Source: Azolla caroliniana
Taxonomy: Eukaryota; Plantae; Polypodiophyta
Direction of reading: 5' to 3'
Length of the DNA stretch: 64,000 nt
NCBI GenBank assembly: GCA_043228905.1
Contig: JBHGNT010000014.1
Location: forward strand, 9,672,001-9,736,000
Under the pieces are notes generated by a model. The model did no database searches, was not told the origin of the DNA, and saw nothing but the letters and a program-made list of their open reading frames with translations. Made by a program: the position numbers and the translations under genes. This document shows positions 39,201-49,525 of this stretch, one piece after another (position 1 is the first letter of the stretch; each line of letters starts with the position of its first letter).

Positions 39201-42115
39201 AAGCAAAAACGGTGCACATCGCCAAGGAGATGAAGTCCGGAGACAAAACGGCGATGATAACACTTCTCACGGAATTTCGCAACGTATTCGCCTGGTCATA
39301 CGAAGACATGTGAGGACTCGACCCTCAGTTATACCAGCATCAAGTGCACTTGAGCAAGGACGCAAAACCAGTGGCACAAAGACGGTACCGGATGAATCCC
39401 AATTACGCCGCCAAGGTCAAGGAAGAAATCGACAAACTGCTAAGAGTTGGCTTTATCCGTCCGGGAAAGAAAGCGACATGGCTGAGCCCGATCGTAGTCA
39501 TACCGAAGAAGAACGGAAAAATTCAAGTTTGCGTGGACTACCGGAAACTCAATGCGGCTACGGTAACGGATGCATTTCCACTTCCGTTCACAGATGGAGT
39601 GTTGGATGCCGTCGCCGGCCATGAGGTCTATAGCTTCCTAGACGGATTCAGCGGGTATAATCAGATCCGGATGCACCCCGACGACCAAGAGAAAACAGCA
39701 TTCGTCACCGAATGGGGGGGGGTGTTTGTGGCCGTGGTGATGATGTTCGGACTCAAAACGGCACCGGCAACATTTCAACGAATCATCATGGAAATCTTTG
39801 GTGAATATATACCGGCTTTTATGCAGGTTTTCCTTGACGATTTCGCCGTCTATAGCCGGGAGGAGGACCATTTTCAGCACCTCCGTCTTTGTCTAGAAAA
39901 GTGTAGAGCGTACCGGCTAAGCTTGAATCCGGCAAAGTGTGTATTTGGCGTGTCCAATGGAACTTTATTAGGACATATCGTGAGCCAGGAAGGTATTGCA
40001 ATCGACCCGGACAAAGTGAAAGCCATATTAGAAGCACCGGCGCCAGCAACGGCAAAGGCATTAAGCCGGTTCTTAGGCCAGATCCGGTGGCACAGCCGGA
40101 TGCTCCGATACTTGGCCGACCTGGCTACACCGTTGCATGCCGCCGTACATCGGACACCATTCCAGTGGACCGATACTGAGGATAGGGCGTATAAGGCCCT
40201 CAAGGTACTATTGTCGCAGGCACCGGTAGTACAACCTCCGGATTGGAGTAAAGAATTTCACGTGTTCGTGGACGCCTCCGACATCGCAATCGGAAGCGTA
40301 CTGATGCAGCTTACGGAACTAAAGTGGTACCAGCCAGTGTACTATGCCAACCAGAAGCTATCCCAAGCAGAACGGAACTACTCTACTACGGAACGGGAAG
40401 CTCTAGGAATGATCTACAGTGTGACAAAGTTTCGGCACTATTTATTGGGAAGGAAGTTTTCCTTCCATGTAGATCATTCGCCACTCCTTTACCTGGTGTC
40501 CAAGGCGTCACTCACCGGCAAATTGGCCCGGTGGACCTTATTGTTACAGGAGTTCGAGTTTGAAATATTCCACCGACCTGGTATACAGCATGCTGTAGCG
40601 GATTACTTAAGCCGATTAGAGTCCGGAGAGACGGGGGACGGAGTACCGGATGAGTTTCCGGATGCGGAGCTGTTTCGAGTCACTACGGAGACGGCAACAG
40701 ATGAGACAGTAGCCCAGGAAGACAAGTGGCTCACAAATATGCACCAGTTTCTTAGCATAGGACTGCCTCCGGAAGAGCTGAACCAGGACGAACGGAAACG
40801 CCTGGCGGTACAAAGCCGACATTTCTGCTTACTGCAAGACACACTGTACCACAAGGGCGATGACGGCATATGGAGACAGGCGGTGCACAGCGATGAAAAG
40901 GAACTAATACTGAGGGAAGCCCACTGCGGAGTTGCCAAAGGTCACTATGCCGGAGATGCGACGGCCAGAAAAATATGGCAAAGTGGCCTATGGTGGCCAA
41001 CGACATTAAGAGATGCGGTACGGTACGCAAAAGAATGTGACCTATGCCAGAGAATGGGCCAGCCAACAGAGCAGGCTCGTATGCCACACCAGCCGGTACT
41101 ACCACTCGAGCCATTCCAAAAGTGGGGGCTGGATTTTGTAGGACCGTTCAAGCCACCGGCAATGAGAACGGGTAATCGGTACGTTATCGTTGCTACAGAT
41201 TACTGCACGAAATGGGTGGAGGCCAAAGCTTTACGGGATAACACCACTGCGTCAACGGCAAAGTTTCTATATGAGTACATCTGGTGCCGTTACGGATGCC
41301 CCATTGAATTGATAAGTGACCAAGGGGGGCACTTTCTCGGACAAGTAGTGGAAAGCCTAACAACCTTCTATGCCGTGGTCCACAAACGAAGCACACCTTA
41401 CTATCCACAGGCGAACGGATTAGCGGAATCAACAAACAAGACGCTCCAGAATATCCTTCGGAAGATCGTCAACGAGAACCAGACGGATTGGGACACAAAG
41501 CTACATAGTGTGCTTTGGGCATACCGGACGGCATACAAAACGAGCATCTGAACAACACCGTTCCGGTTGGCGTTCGGACTCGAGGCGGTCATGCCGGTAG
41601 AATTCCAAGTACCTAGCTTACGGATCCAGCTACGGGAAAGGTTGACCGAGAAGGAGTTGGAGGCAATAAGGTTGACAGCGTTGTGTGCGCTCGAGGAACA
41701 ACGACTGGCCAGCATCCTACATTTAGAATTGGAGCAATGTAGACGGAAAGCATTTGTCGACCGACACAGGAAAGGTAACGAAAAAATGTTCGTAATCGGC
41801 AAACCGGTGTTAGTATTCCAAACCCGGATGGGCAAGATGCCGGGTAAACTAAGGTTTAGATGGACCGGACCATATTGGCTAACACGGGAGTATAATGGGT
41901 CCTACCAGTTGGGGACACTTGCCGGCGAAGTGCTAGGCAAATGGGTCAACGGATTCCAGTTAAAGGCATATAGAGGATCGATGCCTAAGAACCCATTTGA
42001 GCAGAGGACCGACACCAGTGAGGGCAACGGCAACCACCAAGACGGTAGAGAAGGCGAGCCGGTAACTGGGGAGAACGACGCCGGTAAGAGTCTGGGAGGA
42101 CCAACGGACAAGTGA
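36265..42115 (+). pseudogene. gag-pol of Gypsy E, collinear but broken by point stops
   Basis: Zn knuckles CTTCLNSGHSALEC and CYYCRQEGHYSNQC. Protease VIDGGSG. RT YSFLDGFSGYNQI and FLDD. RNaseH FVDASD. Integrase WGLDFVGP, ISDQG, YYPQANGLAE. Start is approximate. Confidence 0.95.
37646..37770 (+). repeat. 30-bp tandem repeat x4 within gag (DVRYGERREN)
   Basis: Units of GATGTCCGGTATGGCGAGCGACGGGAAAAT. Confidence 0.9.
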
Positions 42116-42488
42116 CGTCACACTAATAATAATAATAACTAAATAAAAAATAAAAACAATCATGCAAAAGCGAGGAATGAAGGGATGAAAGAGCGTGGAG
42201 TGAAAAGGTACGTAGTGGACATTTAAAGCGCCACCACAGGACATAATGCTATTTTAAGTACGCGACATGCACAAACTCGAAAAAGGCGCCAGAATGCACA
42301 GACAAAAACCATTGCGCGTAGAGACCCTCTACTTTCGCGAACCCAGGAGCACAGAAGCACCGAAACGCTGCAAGATCATCAGATGAGAACCTGCGCACAG
42401 AGAACCCCCGCCTTTTGAACTCTCTCTTTCTCAACCCCACTCTCGTCACCATCCATCCTCGCCACCGCAATCCGACCCCGACACAGAA

Positions 42489-45253
42489 ATGGACCCGCAA
42501 ACGCTGTCGGAAGCCGCCAAGACATGGCTGAAGCAACACGGGCTCGAGGGCTTCTTGATGATGATGGAAGTACTGCCACACAAAGAAGCCGACAAAGTGA
42601 TCAAGGAAATCGATACAGAGGTCATAACGGCAGAGGCAATTCAAGCGTTAACAGGCCTTCCGGAGGGAGGCATACTCACGATCGACAATCCAACCCCGGA
42701 GCAACTCATCAGGTATTTTGGTGAGTACTCTCTAGCTAGCAAGGGCTACCGAACATAGGGCGGCGGAGATATGTTGTTCCGCGAAATTGCTCGTGTGCTC
42801 CATGAATACGGCCACGTGTACCCTAGACCCCCTGTCATGCCGCAGAACCGGGCAGGGATGATCATCGCCACCTATGAAGGGATCAAGGTGGATTGGCCGA
42901 TATTGATCGCAGATGGGTTGTGTGCGGCGATCGAGATCGTCAGAGGCAAGGACGACAAAGAAGGCCGAGACGGACGAAGGATATGGCACGCCGTAACGCA
43001 GTGGCTCACCTTGCTAGTGCCACCCGTTCAGACCGTCCAGCCCAAGAAGCGAGGAAGAGTGCCGGACGGCACACCAAGGACGGCTTCCAAACGGCAACAA
43101 CTATTGGCCTCGAAGGCCACTAAGGGAAAGGCGGCAGATGCAGAACAGGCGGGAGCAGGAAGCGGCAGCCGGAAGCGCCCAACGGAGGCGCAGGAGGAAC
43201 CATCGGCACGGCCCGTAAAGGTCACACTCCACCGACCGGTGAATCGAGAAGTGGACCCCTTGGCGGCAAAACTCAATGCCGGAGCTCAGGAGGAGGAAAT
43301 AGAGGAGGAGCCTACGGAGCACCTCCAGCAACGGTCGTCGGCAAGGACCGTTGAGGCAGCCGGGAAACATTCGGACCCTCAAACAGAGGGAACACCGGCT
43401 CCCCGTACTGAGACTCCTACGCCAAGGAAGGAACCGGAACCGGTGCAGATGGCACCGGAAACAGAAGCCCCAGCACCACCGGCAACACCGGCAAGTCCCA
43501 TCCCGCCAGAGCCGAAAAGGTCACTGCAGCCTCCCTCGGTTAACCAAGAAGAAGCGCAAGGGGAACCAGGACAACAGGATGGTCCACGGGCAGAAACGGA
43601 ATTGCAAATCGGCGCAACCAGGCGGGACTACCCCTCTACAAGTGAGCCCATCTGTCAAACCTCCGTGCAAGCACAACAAGGCACCGGTAGCCTGTGGCTC
43701 CGGTGGATAGGCGAACAGATAGCTGGAGCAGTGGGGTATATAGAGGCGGAAGAAAGAGCGCAAAGCGAACGGTTGCTCGTCACAACCGAACGACTAAAGA
43801 CGGCCCAGTCCAGAATCCGGTGCCTTGAAAAAGACTTGGATCAGGTCACGATAGAGATGGCCAAAATACGGATCCAATCACCGGTGACTCCGGTAAGTGT
43901 ACAGAATAAAGAAGCGGAACGACCTGTACATAGCAATAAGACCCCGGCAACGGAAACCGTTCCGGCGAGAGATGCGGCGCAAGCTCAGGAGCTTGCGGAA
44001 TTGAGAGAGGAACTTGCCGCACAAGAAGCGCTAAGGAGCCGTGAACGAGAATTGAAGACGGCGGCCGAAGCCGAATTAAAGAAGACTGCTGAGAACCTCC
44101 GCCGGGCAGAGGAGAGCCTCCGGAAAAGCCATCAAGCGTACGACCGACTAAAGAAGGAGAAAGACAAAGTGCTGCAGGAAAAGGACAAGCTGCGGAAAAC
44201 GGCGGAAACAGAGATTGAACGGCTAAAGGAAGAGCTCCGCCAGCAGAAGGACCGCGAGGACCGGGCCCGTCGTCAGATCAACACACGGCTCAAGCAAAAG
44301 ACGGATGATTTTGAGCACCTGCACCGGGACTACAAACGGCTGGAAACGGAGCATAAAGAACGGATGGCCGAGCTCCAGCAGGAAGTTGATCGGGCCGCGA
44401 CGGCGATCGCCGACGAACGGGCGGAAAATACAAGACGCTTGGAAGAGGCGGAGAGGGTCCGGATGGAGCTCCAGAGGCAACAGCAGGAAGACAAAGAGAG
44501 AGCGTCAACAGTATTGCAGAAATTACAAAGCACATATCAAAGGCAATTGATGCATTACAAGGCGCAGGCGGAGGACAACGTCAAAATCATCAAACAACTG
44601 AAGGAGGAACGGCAAGCGACGGAAACCAAATCGCAATTGGGAACGAGCCGGATTCAGTCCATCCTCCGGGCATGGTGAATCAGACAAAACACTTGATTGA
44701 TGAAAGCTCCGTAAAATGGTGGACAAAGTGGGCACAAAACGCGGCGGAACTCCAGTTGCTACGGGCGGATGTGGCAAACCGGCGGAAGGAAGGAGATGAC
44801 TGTTATACGTTGACTTCCGAGGACTTCACCGCCATACGGGACGAGCTGGCCGACGACTTCCAAGTCCTGGCAGATGAACAGCTGGCGCAGGTCAGGCAGC
44901 TCGTAGCTCAGCTGGACGATGATAGGTTGGACGCTCAAATCCAGTTTGAAAGCTACGAGCGGTCCCGGGTGCGGGAAGAAAAAGCACGAGAAGCGACAAC
45001 GGTTAACCTTAGTGATGAGGAATCGTCGCCGGCTGAGGGCCAGCCGGGAACCAGTCAACCGGAGACCACTACGATGCAGGGAGCAACGACAGAGACGCCG
45101 GTGTCAGAGCCACAAACAGAGGAGCAGCCGCAGCAACCACCAACGGACCCGCCGCAGCAGACAGCAACAGAGCAGCAACAGCAACAACCACTTCCAGATG
45201 AACCATTGGAGCCTCTCGAACAAAGCATTCTGGACATTTTGGACGAAGAATAG
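42489..45253 (+). CDS. Extra 3' ORF of Gypsy E (N-terminal globular domain, Pro-rich linker, long coiled coil); one stop and one frameshift
   Basis: ORFs 42489-42758, 42771-44678 and 44672-45253. Homologous to 17760-20200. Confidence 0.8.
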
Positions 45254-45748
45254 CAAGGGTCGGTTGTGGATTCGACGTACAAGGTACTGTCCCACGGGCG
45301 TGCCATGTGTTACCGGCCGGCAAAAGAGTCCAGAGTGGGAAACGGAGAGCTAATTAAGTAGTAGGAATGTGGTTGTAATTAAGCTATGAGTGTGGATGGA
45401 CGGACCGGAAATCGTATGCCGTTCCGGATCCGGACCGATCCCGAACAGGTGCGGATGGCACCGTTTTGTAATACAAACCGGAAACCTATTTAAAGGCCCG
45501 GATACAATGTAATTGTTAGCGGTTAATTAATGAAAGCTTAAGCGTTGTTATCTTTCTGTGTTAATTGTCGTTCTGTCTTAATTGTTATATCTTACACGTG
45601 TGTTATGAAAAACGATCATAATAAGTAACTTAATTAAGTCGGATTAAGCGTTGAGGTCTAATCCGGTTGCCGTAACACCCTTTGGTGAAGTGTCTCCCGT
45701 AGACACCCTGTGTTAGGCCATTGTCCGGCCTGAAGAGTTAACAGCGTG

Positions 45749-47010
45749 AATCGAACTTGCATACCTTGGTCGACGATCTGACCGACCAACACCAGGATCT
45801 TGGTTATTGTCGGAACGTGCAACACGTTCATTAGCTTCCCTTTCTACACAACGTGGCTGAGGGGAACTTCACCAACATGTTCGATGGTATGAGGAGTGTC
45901 GTCTCCCGTTTCAACCACTTCTTTCTTTTCCGGCTTCTCCAAGTACGAGAACCATTCTTCGTGACTCGTCATATGATTTGATGCTCTGGAATCGACATAC
46001 CACACTTCGCTTGATTTCGAGGTGTTCATGGACATTGAGTTGGCCTTATGCTTCATTACGAAGGCAGGGCCCATTCCATTTCCGGCTCGTTTCGAGCCTT
46101 CCGTATAGTGCAACTTCTGACACCTTCCTGCGTCTCTTCCGCCCGATCCAACTTTGTTTGAATCAGCTTGTTTCTTCTAGCACTCGCTCTCCTTGTGGCC
46201 CTTTTTGCCATAGTACCAGCATTCTGACACGACCTTCTCTTGCCAGCTTCCGGCACCGCCAAGACTCCCCCTGCTTGTGGAGGGTCCGGAATTGTTGTTG
46301 ACACATCGATTATGCCGCTTATTCTACTCTGTCAGCCGCCTCCATTGCGCGCCAATCCGCCTTGTCCATCACGACCACGGGGCCTATCTTCCTCCGTGTA
46401 CAGCATCTTGCCATCGGCGTGCATACTCGTCGAAGCACTCGTGTGATTTTCCTCCACAAGCAACATTGACTAAAGCTCGAAGAACAAAGGCGTATTCTCC
46501 CTCGTACAGACCGCCGTTCGGAAGGCTCCAAACCTGGATGCTAGCCCACCAAGGAAAACTTGCACCATTTCATCTTCCTCAACGTTCACGTTCACGGAAG
46601 CGAGAGAATCACAGATTTCCTTGATTCGGGACGTGTAATAAGCCACAAACAGATCTTTCTACCGGACATTGTTGAGCTCTTGCCTGAGCTGCAGCTTCCT
46701 GGCAGTTGTGCTTGTGGCGAAAATCTTTTTGAGATTCGCCCATGCGTCCTTTGGCGTCTTAGCACCCCGAATATAGCTCAATAGTTGGTCGCTCACACAA
46801 GATGCAAAGCAGTAGAGAACTCTGCTTGCCGCTTGTTCCCAAGCCGGAAAATCTCTGTGTGTCGAATCGGGTGCTACATCATTAGCTCCTTCGACATAAC
46901 TCCAGTAGCCATGGCCAAGCAGGTACTGGTGCATCTTGTACGACCAAGATGCGTAATTGCTCCTGTCGAGCTCCTCGGTCGGTAGCGAGCTTCCCATACC
47001 TCTGTCCATA
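45749..47010 (-). pseudogene. Copia B gag-protease
   Basis: LDRSNYASWSYKMHQYLLGHGYW, Zn knuckle CWYYGKKGHKESEC, protease WYVDS. Confidence 0.9.
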
Positions 47011-48189
47011 TTGCTGTCTTTTTCTTTTCCGAACAAAAAACGAAGAACAACTTCAACTCTGTTTTGTCGCAAGCTTTTCTTGTCGGCTGAAGAGGACTTC
47101 AACCCTCACGCTCTGATACCATGTAAAAGAATAGCGTGTGCGAAACACAGAGTACACAATTCGGAGGAATAAGATAGTTTGGTAAAACACAGAAAACGTA
47201 GAGATGGAGAGGGAGAGGGAGAGACAGAGACAGAGCAGACAACAGAAAAATCTAATTCAAAATAGTGATTCTCTGTGTACATACACCATGCTCAGTGAGC
47301 ACCTTTTATACAAGCCCTGACAATCAGGCTGACACAAGTACTGACAGTACTTGACACTCATAAATGAGCCGCTACACTCACTCCCAAAATTATTCCTTTC
47401 GAGGAATATCTTTCTAACAGCCTCGCGGTGTTCGCACCGTTACGGCCTATTGTGCGCACGGTTTTACGCACCCAGTTTACGCACTGGGTTACGCACCTGA
47501 TTACGCACCGAATGTTGAGCTTGTTGCTCAACATTGGCTCACACCTTGTTGACTTTGCATTTTTTCCCTCTTGTCGATTCGGCTTTGTCTTTGATGGCTT
47601 TGTCTTCAAGTTCGACTAGTGGACCTCCTACTGATTCAGAGTCGACCGGTGTATTGATGGCTTGCTCGAGTTCAACTGTTTGTTTAATCTTTGATTCGGC
47701 CCAATGGGTTGGTTCCTCACAGAGAGAATAGAGTCTTCATTGAAAACTACATCACTACTCCGGATCAATTTCCGGTTCTCTGGGTCCCATAGCATGTAGC
47801 CAAATTCCCCATATGTTCCATAACCGAGAAATATGCATTTTGTTGCATGGGGTGCAAACTTGGTCCTTTTCTCCTTGGGGATGAATGCGTAGGCTTCGCA
47901 CCCAAATACTCAAAGCCTATCGTAGGTCGGTGGTTTGCCTGACCATAGTGCCTGTGGCATTTCGAGCCTAATTGCTTTCAACAACGACAATTTGATCAAA
48001 TATATTGTCGTCTACAATGCTTCGGCCCAGAACTCCAGCTTCAGTCCAGCTTGTTGGAGCATTGTCGTCACCCTCACCTGGATCGTTCGGTTGATCCATT
48101 CTGCATGGGTGTGTATCGAACGGTCTTTTGATGCCAGATCCCTTTGTTGGACAGGTACTATTTGAAGACTCGGGAAGTGTATTCTCCTC

Positions 48190-49097
48190 TGACGGGAACT
48201 CAACGCTCCTTATGTCCAACGCTCGGCCACAACCGAGCTTCTTTTCATACGCAGAAAACGGGAAACAAATGCACAACACGAAGTAAGAGAAGATACAGAC
48301 AATACACAGGAGGTTTACGTGGAAAACCTCAAACTAGGGGAAAAAAACCATGGCAGCCCACAGGCTGCAAACTGTCACTATGTAAGAATGTACAAACAGT
48401 GAGTTCACGGAGGCAACGACCTCGTGCTCACTATCTTCGCCACAGGCGGCGGTTACAACAGAGGCAGTTACCTCGTTCTCTCTCTCTCTCTCTATACAGT
48501 TACACACTCTCTCTTCTTCTTGCACCAACAAGAAAAACGACAACGACAACCCTTTAAAAAGGTTTGCCCTAAGTCATATTTATACTAATATGACTTTTCG
48601 GCTATTTACAAATATAGCCTCGATGGGCTCTCAGAAACATATTTACGAATATGTCTCTTCCTCCGGTTCTCACCGGTTCTGTACCATCCGGTTCTTCGTA
48701 GCCGGGTTCTCCTCATCCGGTTCACACCGGGTCTGCATCGTCCGGCTCTCCGTATCTGCCGGGTACTCCTCATCCGGTTCACACCGGGCCTGCACCATCC
48801 GGCTCTCCATAGCCGGGTACTCCTCATCCGGTCTTCACCGGGCCTGCACCATCCGGCTCTCCGTAGCCTGGTACTCCTCATCCGGTCTTCACCGGGCCTG
48901 CACCATCCGGCTCTCCGTAGCCGGGTACTCCTCATCCGGTCTTCACCGGGCCTGCACCATCCGGCTCTCCGTAGCCGGGTACTCCTCATCCGGTCTTCAC
49001 CGGGCCTGCATCGTCCGGCTCTCCGTAGCCGGGTTCTCCTCATACCGTTTCGCACTGTTCTTCTCCCTTCCCATCCGGAGGGACTTGTCTCCCAACA
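48190..49097 (-). mobile_element. Family-D Copia LTR (solo or with PPT remnant) inserted in the Copia C integrase
   Basis: Minus-strand start TGTTGGGAGACAAGTCCCTCCGGATGGGA matches the LTR starts at 20891 and 53172. It interrupts SDNG|GEY. Confidence 0.8.
48655..49045. repeat. About 57-bp tandem repeat (about 7 copies) inside the LTR
   Basis: Units of CTCCTCATCCGGTCTTCACCGGGCCTGCACCATCCGGCTCTCCGTAGCCGGGTA(CTC). Confidence 0.92.
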
Positions 49098-49525
49098 AAC
49101 TCCATTGTCGGATCAGAGTGTCTTCACTCTGCATCCTGACCGGTTCTCCACTTCAGTTATCCACTGAGAGAAGACCGTGAGCGCTTCGTCTTTCGACCTA
49201 ATTGAGTAGGCCCAAACTTTCCGTGTACAATCTATTAGGAATATGTCCCTCCTATGGGAGTAGCCGACTGGTTGGGCTAAGTGCCAACAATCGAAGACAT
49301 GGAGAGTCAACTAGGGGATTCGACAATAGGAGAGTCCAAGTCGAGGGCATGACAAAGTAGTCGGGTTGAACAGATGGTCGAAGATAAGACCAACTAGTTG
49401 GGTCGACTGGTCAATCAACACTAGAGTCGACTAATCAAATTGACTAGACAATCAGTCGGTTGAATAACTACTATAGTTATAATAGGAATGACAGTCGTAG
49501 TGGCTACATTTATAAACAACCCATT

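Larger units (their letters stand above)
35777..45743 (+). mobile_element. Full-length non-chromovirus (Athila/Tat-like) Ty3/Gypsy element E
   Basis: 436-bp LTRs at 35777-36212 and 45308-45743 (about 18 substitutions by hand count). Perfect TSD GCGTG. PBS-like TGGCGACCAC at 36220-36229. Structure is gag-PR-RT-RH-INT plus an extra 3' ORF. Confidence 0.97.
31769..47533 (-). mobile_element. Full-length Ty1/Copia element B, interrupted by Gypsy E
   Basis: LTRs 47122-47533 and 31769-32192. Perfect TSD TTGGC (31764-31768 / 47534-47538). PBS TGGTATCAGAGC (tRNA-iMet type) at 47110-47121(-). PPT at 32193-32203. Order is gag, protease (WYVDSRASNHM), integrase, RT, RNaseH. Confidence 0.95.
20845..49320 (-). 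mobile_element. Ty1/Copia element C (degenerate host of several nested insertions). 3' LTR split at 20845-20890, 24672-24780 and 29548-29686; pol pieces 29835-31763, 47539-48189, 49098-49320
   Basis: PPT GGGGGAGTT abuts the LTR at 29687-29695(-). RT/RNaseH motifs LILYVDDMLI, SWRSKLQ and IKHIEVRYHHIRE. Integrase FWAEAL and KVWAYSIRSKDE. LTR pieces resemble 3690-3968. Confidence 0.75.

Noticed and set aside
45261-45305. A genuine tRNA gene
   Set aside because: Only the 3' part is tRNA-like. No D arm or anticodon arm is recognisable and CCA is encoded, so it is treated as an element cis-motif.
48590-49180. Repetitive ORFs on both strands, or a CRISPR-like array
   Set aside because: Head-to-tail 57-bp repeats with no unique spacers, inside an LTR. 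The ORFs are by-products of a repeat length divisible by 3.
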